Of a stretch of DNA of 64,000 bases, positions 50,874-58,867 are shown one piece after another. Under the pieces are notes generated by a model. That model saw only the letters and a program-made list of their open reading frames with translations. It was not told where the DNA came from and did no database searches. The translations under genes were made by a program, and so were the position numbers. Source of the DNA: a virus; IMG/VR virus record IMGVR_UViG_3300034105_002260; one strand, written 5' to 3'. Position 1 is the first letter of the stretch, and every line of letters starts with the position of its first letter.

Positions 50874-52073
50874 ATGAACCTGTCTGAAATAAACAATATA
50901 ATCAATGATGTAATATCTGAGGAAATCAGAAAGACAATCATTATGGAATCAACAAATAAGGAAGTTTACCACATTAAATGTGATGGTGAGCCTATTGCCA
51001 CGTTTGATTCTGAAGAAGAAGCTCAAGAAGCGTTACCCGACTATAAGGCTAAAACCACAGGGGACCTTATCATTGAGAAAGGAATGTATGAATCATATGA
51101 AGATATGATAGATAAATTAGACGAAATGGGTCAAGAATTAGAAGAAAAAGAAAATACAAATATGGAAAATCAAAAACCAATCGACGAGAAATTAGTCGGT
51201 AACCAAAAAAACATCGATAAAAACGATAACGGTAAAATCGATGGTGAAGACTTTAAGATTTTAAACAAAGAAGAAGAAGAGTGCGATGAATGTGGTGAAA
51301 TGAACGAAGATGATATGGAAGGTATGGATTCATTCGGTGACGACTACGAAAACTTACCTGATGGTGACGCACCTGAAGATGAAGTAAACGAAGAACCTAA
51401 AATGTGTTCTGAGTGTGGTGGTATGATCAACGAAGAAGGTGCTTGTAACGAATGTGGTGGTGCAGGAATGTACGAATCTAAAAAGAAGACATTACGTTTG
51501 AAAGAATCTGAAATGTTAGATATGATTCAAAGAATCGTTAAAGAATCGGTTCCAGGTATCACAGTTACTAAAAAGGCCCAAACCCAATCTAAGAAAGACA
51601 ATGAAGCAAACGCTTCAGATGTTGCTAAGAAAATTAAAGGAGCAACTACATTTGATGGTAACGATAATCCTGAATTCCCTAAATCAATTGGTAAAGGTGA
51701 AAAAGTTGCAAGAAAGAATTCTCCAGAACAAGAGGAAGAAATTGAAGATAATAGAGGTGGTGGATTAGAAGATTTACATTATGACATCGAACCATCACAA
51801 CAATTTAAAGATAGATTAAAGAAGTCTTTAGATGGTCACACGTCAACTGGTAACTCACAAGATGCGGGTAATGTAATTAAAAGTGATTTAGGAAAAAATA
51901 TCGCTAAGAAGGTAGAAAGAAAAATGAAACAAAGAAAAGATACGGTGATGTACAATAAAGACACACAACCAACAAAAGTAGTTAAAGAATCTAAGAACAA
52001 TTTATCATCAATTCTTGAAGAAGAAATAAAAAAGATGAAAAATATTGCCACATACGATAAGAAAACTCAATAA
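50874..52073 (+). CDS. Acidic protein, possible head-internal/scaffold protein
   Basis: EF-hand-like DKNDNGKIDGEDF, CxEC motifs, LKESE...IVKES; TATTTAT upstream; role inferred. Confidence 0.5.
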   Translation: MNLSEINNIINDVISEEIRKTIIMESTNKEVYHIKCDGEPIATFDSEEEAQEALPDYKAKTTGDLIIEKGMYESYEDMIDKLDEMGQELEEKENTNMENQKPIDEKLVGNQKNIDKNDNGKIDGEDFKILNKEEEECDECGEMNEDDMEGMDSFGDDYENLPDGDAPEDEVNEEPKMCSECGGMINEEGACNECGGAGMYESKKKTLRLKESEMLDMIQRIVKESVPGITVTKKAQTQSKKDNEANASDVAKKIKGATTFDGNDNPEFPKSIGKGEKVARKNSPEQEEEIEDNRGGGLEDLHYDIEPSQQFKDRLKKSLDGHTSTGNSQDAGNVIKSDLGKNIAKKVERKMKQRKDTVMYNKDTQPTKVVKESKNNLSSILEEEIKKMKNIATYDKKTQ

Positions 52074-52121
52074 TATCTTTTTTTTAAGTTCTTTTATCCT
52101 TATATTATAAACAGAAGGATT

Positions 52122-52577
52122 ATGGAAAATAAAGAAAGTTACTTAGAGTTTATATCATCTGAAAGTTACAGACAACAAATAGACATTTGGTACAAAGCAT
52201 ATAACATAAGTCGTGAAAAATTAAATCTTTTTTACGACTTTGTTGCATCTGTACACGATATGATTGATGATACCTTTCTTGGTCCTGATGTTATGGACGA
52301 AGAAGAGAATCAAAGAAATCATTTCACCTGGGCTTGGGACAAAGTCATCGAAAACTTCTCAAAAGAAAAAATTCACATTAAAGACAGAGGTGTCCATTAT
52401 GATTATTTTTGGAATTTCTATTTGGAGGCATATTATTATGTACAAATAGATGGTAGTATAACAAAAATACCTGAATACTTTCTAAAACTATTCGATTTTG
52501 AACACAGGAAGTCAAGATCCGAATTAGATGTTTTAACTGAAATCTATAAAATATTAGATCAAAACTTGAAAAAGTAA
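52122..52577 (+). CDS. Hypothetical protein
   Basis: Intact 151 aa ORF. Confidence 0.6.
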   Translation: MENKESYLEFISSESYRQQIDIWYKAYNISREKLNLFYDFVASVHDMIDDTFLGPDVMDEEENQRNHFTWAWDKVIENFSKEKIHIKDRGVHYDYFWNFYLEAYYYVQIDGSITKIPEYFLKLFDFEHRKSRSELDVLTEIYKILDQNLKK

Positions 52578-52620
52578 AATTTTTTCCGTATATTCGTATT
52601 AAAAACCGAAATAAATTATT

Positions 52621-52812
52621 ATGGAAACATTAACCAAAATAAAAGGATTGGTTGAGAAGATGTCCGTTGATACACAAAAAGTTTTTGAAAAAGGAAACAG
52701 AAGTGCATCAATTAGAGCTAGGAAATATGCTCAAGAGATCAAACTCCTAATCGCGTCTTATAGAAAAGAAATATTAGACGAAATAAAACGACACGACGAT
52801 GCAGGAAATTAA
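52621..52812 (+). CDS. Histone H1-like (Hc1-type) small nucleoid protein
   Basis: FEKGNRSASIRARK resembles the KGNKAAGxRARK family motif. Confidence 0.7.
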   Translation: METLTKIKGLVEKMSVDTQKVFEKGNRSASIRARKYAQEIKLLIASYRKEILDEIKRHDDAGN

Positions 52813-52975
52813 ATTATTTTTATTCGTACTGAGTATCATTTATTCACTACGTTACATTTTTGAATTTGTGTTTAGATTAACACAAGATGATTCACAACCA
52901 ATGAAGTTGCCAAAGGTAGAAGGTATTTTACTTTACTTCGCAACCGCATATATAATAACCTATTTTTTAATTTAA
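52799..52975 (+). CDS. 58 aa two-TM membrane protein (not in ORF track)
   Basis: Hand translation MQEIKLFLFVLSIIYSLRYIFEFVFRLTQDDSQPMKLPKVEGILLYFATAYIITYFLI fills the gap exactly. Confidence 0.65.
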   Translation: MQEIKLFLFVLSIIYSLRYIFEFVFRLTQDDSQPMKLPKVEGILLYFATAYIITYFLI

Positions 52976-52979
52976 CGCT

Positions 52980-53456
52980 GTGTTTCAAAATATCAAATCA
53001 CTAAGACCTTACTTTTTCTCATTAAGGGAAATTGAGGGCAATGTAAGTTTAGATGTAAGAATTCCATTAACTTGGAAGTTTGACACTATTATTGCACCGT
53101 ACAGGTCAATTAAAACCAAGGTACAAGATAAGAGTGAAAAATTTACACTTATCTCATTAATATCTAATGCGACACAAGATGGATACGATGTTGTATTTGC
53201 TTGTGCGTCTGAAATTGTTAATGTTAATAAAGAAGATGAAGAGAAAAGAAAATTATTCCAAGCTAAAGTAAAAGAATTAGAAAATCTTTTCCAAAAAGAA
53301 TCATTGAATAAATTAAAAGACTTAAATTTTCTCGAAGCATATGAACAAGAGGATGAAATTAGCATCGGACTGGTTGGAGAAGGAGATGGAGAAGGACCAA
53401 TTGGAGATTCAGAACCACAAGATAAAAGCGATTCAGGAGATAAAGAATCTGAATAA
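52980..53456 (+). CDS. Hypothetical protein
   Basis: GTG start, coiled coil and acidic tail. Confidence 0.6.
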   Translation: MFQNIKSLRPYFFSLREIEGNVSLDVRIPLTWKFDTIIAPYRSIKTKVQDKSEKFTLISLISNATQDGYDVVFACASEIVNVNKEDEEKRKLFQAKVKELENLFQKESLNKLKDLNFLEAYEQEDEISIGLVGEGDGEGPIGDSEPQDKSDSGDKESE

Positions 53457-53544
53457 GGAGGAGTTATTTAAACCTAAACCGAAAAAGAAAGTATCTATTA
53501 TAAGTAAACTACTTATAATCTTAGGCTATGGAAAAAAAGGGTGA
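53341..53544 (+). CDS. Hypothetical small protein overlapping the upstream gene
   Basis: Bridges the gap to the next gene; helical Lys/Glu composition. Confidence 0.5.
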   Translation: MNKRMKLASDWLEKEMEKDQLEIQNHKIKAIQEIKNLNKEELFKPKPKKKVSIISKLLIILGYGKKG

Positions 53545-53761
53545 ATTGCTCAATCAATTAGCAATTATTGTCGACTTAATTGAACACATAAACGCAAATA
53601 CTAAATCTAGTACAATTGTATTTGAACTATCGAAGATGGAATTTGATAGGGTATTTGAGTATATGGAAAAAAAATACGATAGAAGAACTGAGAAACCTAA
53701 GAACTCATTTAACATTACGATTGGTGGTGTGGATGTTGTTTTTAATACGAGTAGTGTCTAA
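53528..53761 (+). CDS. Hypothetical protein
   Basis: Intact ORF converging with minus-strand gene. Confidence 0.55.
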   Translation: MEKKGELLNQLAIIVDLIEHINANTKSSTIVFELSKMEFDRVFEYMEKKYDRRTEKPKNSFNITIGGVDVVFNTSSV

Positions 53762-54380
53762 ACAATTCAGATCTTTTGTAACCTTTAGATTCTAACATTT
53801 CATAAAGTAATTTTCGCTGATGAGTGGTAATGTCCTTAACAAATAGGAAATTACCTCTTTTTTGTTTAAGGAGGTCAGACTTTAATAATTCAAACAATCT
53901 TTCCGAATCGGCAATATTCTTGTTACCAAATAGTTTAATATCGTTTTCAATCTGAACAAATAGATTTTTGTTTAATGTGAATATGTGTGCAATTTCAGAT
54001 ATCTTAGACACCTGGTTCATCATCTCGTGATATCTAATTCTTTTCTTTGTTTGGAAATCATAAATTAACTCTTCTTTCCAATATGGTACCATTTCTTTAA
54101 TACGATAAGAACCATCCTCAATCTTAGCCTCAATATTACGACCTAAACTATCTTTAACATAGGTTTTATTTGCCCATCGATTATTTGGGAACACCAACCC
54201 TAATTCAAAGATTTGTTCTTGTTTTCGTTTACCTCCCTGAAGTTTAATGAATGATGGTTTCTTTTCTGTTTTAAATTCGTGCCAATATTCAGTAATGGTG
54301 GTTCTTTTCATACACCTATACAATATCTTGACTCTCTTCTTATTACAGAAAAGTACTATAAAGTATTTCCCATTTTTCAT
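53742..54380 (-). CDS. Basic hypothetical protein
   Basis: 212 aa minus-strand ORF with no competing plus-strand gene. Confidence 0.7.
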   Translation of the reverse strand: MKNGKYFIVLFCNKKRVKILYRCMKRTTITEYWHEFKTEKKPSFIKLQGGKRKQEQIFELGLVFPNNRWANKTYVKDSLGRNIEAKIEDGSYRIKEMVPYWKEELIYDFQTKKRIRYHEMMNQVSKISEIAHIFTLNKNLFVQIENDIKLFGNKNIADSERLFELLKSDLLKQKRGNFLFVKDITTHQRKLLYEMLESKGYKRSELFRHYSY

Positions 54381-54526
54381 ATGAATTTACTTATAAGAGA
54401 AAACAGACCATACACCGCAGCACCAATTACTACGATTATGGTTAACAAAACCCATTTTTCCATTTTTAGAGCTTCCTTTTCCATCAGTTCTCTCATTTCC
54501 TGTTTTTTACATTTGCTACAAGCCAT
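54377..54526 (-). CDS. 49 aa membrane protein with N-terminal CxxC (not in ORF track)
   Basis: MACSKCKKQEMRELMEKEALKMEKWVLLTIIVVIGAAVYGLFSLISKFI; ATGA overlap with next gene. Confidence 0.65.
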   Translation of the reverse strand: MACSKCKKQEMRELMEKEALKMEKWVLLTIIVVIGAAVYGLFSLISKFI

Positions 54527-54600
54527 AATAAAATATATACTATTAATTTCTTTTTTTCAATTTAATTAGTTATATTTTTTTATAACTTAATTTAATAGTA

Positions 54601-55443
54601 ATGATATCATACATCGGAGGTAAGGCAAGAATTGGTAAATGGATAACACCATTCATCCCAACAGACATTGAAACATACGTAGAAGGATTTTCGGGTATGT
54701 TCTGGGTCTTTTTTAATATGGACCTAACAAAGTACCCAAACCTTAAAACGGTGGTCTATAATGACTTTAATAGACTAAACGCTAACCTAATGAAATGGGC
54801 TAAACAGTATGATGTATTATGGGAAGAATTGGCCAAGTACCCTTGTCAACAATTGGGTGTGGTAGATACTCCTCCAGAATATCCTGAATTATATAAAAGA
54901 TGTCAAAGAGAAGTGTTTAACCCTGAATTAGTTATCACAGAAGAAAATAGTTTGGACATCGCGGGTAAGTATGTTTATGTATTAACCCAAGTGTTCTCAG
55001 GTTCAAAACCCGAAACAGCCACATATACTGACTACAAAGGAAAATATCGTTGTAAGGTTCTTATTTTTATGGATAAGTTAAAGAATCCAAAATATAGAGA
55101 ACATTTTGATAAGTTAACGTTTGTTGAGAATATGGACTTCCAAAAAGTTGTGGAAAAATACGATTCACCAACAACTTATTTCTATATGGATCCACCATAT
55201 TGGAAAACTGAGAATTACTACTCCAATCACGATTTTGATGTAAATGACCACACAAGACTTGCTGAGTGTATTAAAAATATCCAAGGTAAATTTAGTTTAT
55301 CATATTATGTTTTCCCTAAATTAGTGGAGTGGTTTCCAAAAGATGAATACAGATGGGAACAAAAAGATTTTAAGAAGGCGGCAGCGGCGAAGAAAGATGG
55401 TACACAGAATGTTGGTACTGAACTCTTGATAATGAACTATTAA
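54601..55443 (+). CDS. Dam-like (D12 class) N6-adenine DNA methyltransferase
   Basis: YIGGK, YVEGFSG, VYND, DPPY, FSLSY, ELLIMNY. Confidence 0.92.
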   Translation: MISYIGGKARIGKWITPFIPTDIETYVEGFSGMFWVFFNMDLTKYPNLKTVVYNDFNRLNANLMKWAKQYDVLWEELAKYPCQQLGVVDTPPEYPELYKRCQREVFNPELVITEENSLDIAGKYVYVLTQVFSGSKPETATYTDYKGKYRCKVLIFMDKLKNPKYREHFDKLTFVENMDFQKVVEKYDSPTTYFYMDPPYWKTENYYSNHDFDVNDHTRLAECIKNIQGKFSLSYYVFPKLVEWFPKDEYRWEQKDFKKAAAAKKDGTQNVGTELLIMNY

Positions 55444-55469
55444 AGGTTCATATTTATTAAAAAAACATT

Positions 55470-56000
55470 ATGGAATCATATTGGTACGTGGTAAAAGTTT
55501 TACCCGGGAAAGAAAGAAAACTATGTGAACAATTTAATAAGGATATTGAACATAGTAGAATAAAAAATATAAAAAGATTTGTCTGTCCACTAGAGAAAGA
55601 AATGGTGGTCGTAAGAGATAAAAGAGTTACAAGGGAAAAGGTACTTTATAGTGGGTATCTTTATTTTGAATCATTTAGAAAACTTGAGAACGACGATTTA
55701 AAAGTTATAGCCTCAATTCAAAACATTATGGCGATGGGTGGAGATAGAACCCCCATTCTCTTAAATCAATCTGACATTAAGAGAATATTAAAAGATGACA
55801 CTTTAGAAGAACACATAGAATCTAAAAAATTAGTTTACGCGATTGGTACCAAAGTAAAAGTTATTGAAGGACCGTTTGGTGGATTTAATGGTATCATTAG
55901 TGAAATGAATGGTGAAAAAATTACAATTGAGGTCAAAATATTTGGAAGAAATAGTAATGTTGAGTTAACTTTGTCCCAGATAGAAAAATCAAATGACTAA
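55470..56000 (+). CDS. nusG: Transcription antitermination factor NusG-family
   Basis: WYVVKV..GKE NGN domain, YSGYLY, KOW VKVIEGPFGGFNG, KIFGR...VEL. Confidence 0.92.
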   Translation: MESYWYVVKVLPGKERKLCEQFNKDIEHSRIKNIKRFVCPLEKEMVVVRDKRVTREKVLYSGYLYFESFRKLENDDLKVIASIQNIMAMGGDRTPILLNQSDIKRILKDDTLEEHIESKKLVYAIGTKVKVIEGPFGGFNGIISEMNGEKITIEVKIFGRNSNVELTLSQIEKSND

Positions 56001-56304
56001 AATCCCCCCTGAAGTTTTAATTTATATCCAAACAGTTAAAACTTATTTAAAAAACAATACAGAAGCAAAAGATTATTTCATCGGTGAATCTGATGAAGAA
56101 TTATTTTTTGACCACCTTTCAGAAATTTCACAAAAAAATTTTGAATCAAACGGTGAGGTAATGTTAAACAAGGAACAGTTTGAATTATTAAGAAAAACCG
56201 TTACTGCAATATCAATATCCAAAAAAGATATCCCAGAAGAACCAAAAGAAAATGAAAATATATTTTTTGAAATGAAAGGTTTTGGGAAAATTTGTCTAAA
56301 CTAA
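55993..56304 (+). CDS. Hypothetical protein
   Basis: Intact ORF overlapping nusG stop. Confidence 0.6.
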   Translation: MTKIPPEVLIYIQTVKTYLKNNTEAKDYFIGESDEELFFDHLSEISQKNFESNGEVMLNKEQFELLRKTVTAISISKKDIPEEPKENENIFFEMKGFGKICLN

Positions 56305-56341
56305 CTTTATTAAGTTAACTTAATAAGTTATATTCTAATCA

Positions 56342-57418
56342 ATGAAAAGAAACTTAGTTATACCGTTTGCACTTTACGATAATGTGTATGGAACAGAACA
56401 TCCTTCACCACAATTGTTTTTACATCTTTTCGGTGAAATACCATCGAAGCATACCAATACGCGTAAAAGCTACGACCCTTCTATTTTAGAATATCTAAAA
56501 GAAAACGGTTTTAAAGAAGAATCAAAAATATTCTCAAATAATCGTAGATACGATTTAACATCTCAAATTTTATTAATTAACTATGAGAAAGAAATGTTTA
56601 TTGAGGTTCAATCTAGTTTAGATACCTCAAAGAACAATTTATCTCAAATCGATATCTTATATAATATTAAAAATGGTGAGTTAGAAGAACAAATTAATTT
56701 AGAAGACTTTATTAAATTCGAAAGAACAAAAAAGAAAGCTAATATTCAATTAGTTAAAAGTGATATGGGTCATTTGGATACTGAAGAGTATGATTTATAT
56801 GTTGCCCCTATGGACCTTGAATTAAATTATGGTTCATCGTTTTTAAAGGTACACGAAGCGATTGTAAATCGTTTAAATAAAAGTAACGATAAAGGAATTA
56901 TACTTTTACACGGAGATCCAGGAACGGGCAAGACTTCATACATTAAACATTTAACCACATTGGTAACGGATAAAGATATTTTATTTATTCCACCATCAAT
57001 GGCTGAGATGTTATCTGAACCATCTATTATTCCATTTTTAATGGATCACAAAAATAGTATTCTAATCATAGAGGACGCTGAGAGAGTAATTGCGGATAGA
57101 GAAGGTAATGGGTCACCCGCAGGTGTTTCTAACATCCTTAACTTAACCGATGGTATTTTAGGGGATTGTTTAAATATTCAGGTCATTGCAACGTTTAATA
57201 TGAAGAGAGAGAAAATAGACCAAGCATTACTTCGTAAGGGTAGATTGATTGCGGAGCACAAATTTGAAAATCTATCGATAATTGATACCAATAAATTATT
57301 AAAACATATAGAAAAAGATTTCAAATCTAAAGAAACTATGTGTTTAGCGGATATATATAATATAGATATCGAGGTGTTTAAAACACCAAATAAAAGTAAA
57401 ATAGGATTTAACGATTAA
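56342..57418 (+). CDS. AAA+ ATPase
   Basis: GIILLHGDPGTGKT, IIEDAE, ATFN, DQALLRKGR. Confidence 0.92.
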   Translation: MKRNLVIPFALYDNVYGTEHPSPQLFLHLFGEIPSKHTNTRKSYDPSILEYLKENGFKEESKIFSNNRRYDLTSQILLINYEKEMFIEVQSSLDTSKNNLSQIDILYNIKNGELEEQINLEDFIKFERTKKKANIQLVKSDMGHLDTEEYDLYVAPMDLELNYGSSFLKVHEAIVNRLNKSNDKGIILLHGDPGTGKTSYIKHLTTLVTDKDILFIPPSMAEMLSEPSIIPFLMDHKNSILIIEDAERVIADREGNGSPAGVSNILNLTDGILGDCLNIQVIATFNMKREKIDQALLRKGRLIAEHKFENLSIIDTNKLLKHIEKDFKSKETMCLADIYNIDIEVFKTPNKSKIGFND

Positions 57419-57426
57419 AAAAAAAT

Positions 57427-57732
57427 ATGGAAAACGTAACATCAGAAAAAGTAAAACAATTACAATCAGAAGGGAAAAAAGTATTAGTTGATTATTGGGC
57501 TAAATGGTGTGGACCCTGCAAAGCATTAATACCAAGACTTGAATTGATAGAATCAGATTATCCCGATGTGGTCTTTGTTAAAGTAGATGTTGACGAAAAT
57601 ATGGATTCAGCTTTAGATTTAGGTATCCGAAGTGTCCCAACCGTTATTATTTATGACGGTGAAAAAATAATTAGTAGAACCCAAGGAGCAAGTGCCGATA
57701 CATTTTATAAAGAGATTTTAAATAAGTTATAA
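57427..57732 (+). CDS. trxA: Thioredoxin
   Basis: WCGPC, KVDVDE, IRSVPT. Confidence 0.95.
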   Translation: MENVTSEKVKQLQSEGKKVLVDYWAKWCGPCKALIPRLELIESDYPDVVFVKVDVDENMDSALDLGIRSVPTVIIYDGEKIISRTQGASADTFYKEILNKL

Positions 57733-57735
57733 TTT

Positions 57736-58008
57736 ATGGATAATCAAATTTTTGTATTTAGTATGAATGGTTGTGGTCATTGTAAAACATTAAAAGAAAA
57801 ACTTAATGAATTATCAATTCCATTTACCGATTTAGAGATTAATTCAAATAGAGAAATTTGGGATCAAGTTGTAAAACAAACAGGACTTAATATATTACCA
57901 ACGGTCTTTATTAAGAAAGGAGAAACCGACGATGGACCTGTTTTTGTACCAAGTAGAGACTTTAAAAGTCAAGAAGAACTACTCGAAAAAATAAAAATTT
58001 ATCTGTAA
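57736..58008 (+). CDS. Glutaredoxin-like protein
   Basis: CGHC, TG...LPTVFI. Confidence 0.85.
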   Translation: MDNQIFVFSMNGCGHCKTLKEKLNELSIPFTDLEINSNREIWDQVVKQTGLNILPTVFIKKGETDDGPVFVPSRDFKSQEELLEKIKIYL

Positions 58009-58011
58009 TTT

Positions 58012-58040
58012 AAAAAAGGGAACTAAAATTCCCTTTTTTT
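58012..58040. terminator. Intrinsic terminator
   Basis: AAAAAAGGGAA-CTAAAA-TTCCCTTTTTTT. Confidence 0.85.
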
Positions 58041-58091
58041 ATGCTGACAACTGAAATAAAAAGTATTTATGTAAAAGACTTTACTTTCTAA

Positions 58092-58823
58092 ATGGCATTA
58101 CAACGAATAAATTGGTTACAGATTGACACCGAGAACGTACCTTCGGGTTCCAACGTTATCCTTGGTAGTGCGCAATACCCATTTGATGCACTATATGTAA
58201 AGAATTTTGGGATATCTGGTTCATTAATATTAACTGGTAGTTTAGATACCACTGGAAATGTTACCATTGGTGGTAATTTAACGGTAAAAGGTACCACAAC
58301 CGCAATTGAATCAAATGTTGTTACGATTGGTGACAATATTATTGAATTAAACGGTACTATGGGAGCCTTTGGGGGACTTTTAATAAAAGACCCAACTTCA
58401 CCAAATAAGATATCTGGTTCTTTAATATGGGATACCCTAAATGATAGATGGATGGGTGGTCCATTGGGTAATGAGGAAGGATTTATTCAAGATACACAAT
58501 TCAGTAATTTTTCAAGTTCAGTATCAACAACCATAGATGAAATTGGTATATGGAGAGAAACGGGGTCATTTTATGCTGCTAGCCACGATTTACAAGTTAC
58601 AGGGTCAATGAGAATAAAAGGTGACTTAATAGTTGAAGGTAAAACTACATTAGTACAAAGATTGGACCCGAATTCAGAATCTTTAGTAGTTTCAGGTGCT
58701 ATGAGTATAGTGAAAAATCAAATAAATAGTCAAATAGTGTCCGCATCGTTAGTAATTCAAGGACTTGGTACCTTATCTGACGTTAGCAGTAATGCAGTAA
58801 TTGATTTAGGGGGGTTTTTCTAA
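58092..58823 (+). CDS. Tail-fibre-associated structural protein
   Basis: GNLTVKGTTT...IGDNIIELN fibre motif; C-terminal IDLGGF. Confidence 0.65.
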   Translation: MALQRINWLQIDTENVPSGSNVILGSAQYPFDALYVKNFGISGSLILTGSLDTTGNVTIGGNLTVKGTTTAIESNVVTIGDNIIELNGTMGAFGGLLIKDPTSPNKISGSLIWDTLNDRWMGGPLGNEEGFIQDTQFSNFSSSVSTTIDEIGIWRETGSFYAASHDLQVTGSMRIKGDLIVEGKTTLVQRLDPNSESLVVSGAMSIVKNQINSQIVSASLVIQGLGTLSDVSSNAVIDLGGFF

Positions 58824-58867
58824 TTAAAAATAAAGTATTTATATAAATAAACAGATAATAACACAAG

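Noticed and set aside
54279-54569. Plus-strand 96 aa ORF
   Set aside because: Antisense to two better-supported minus-strand genes
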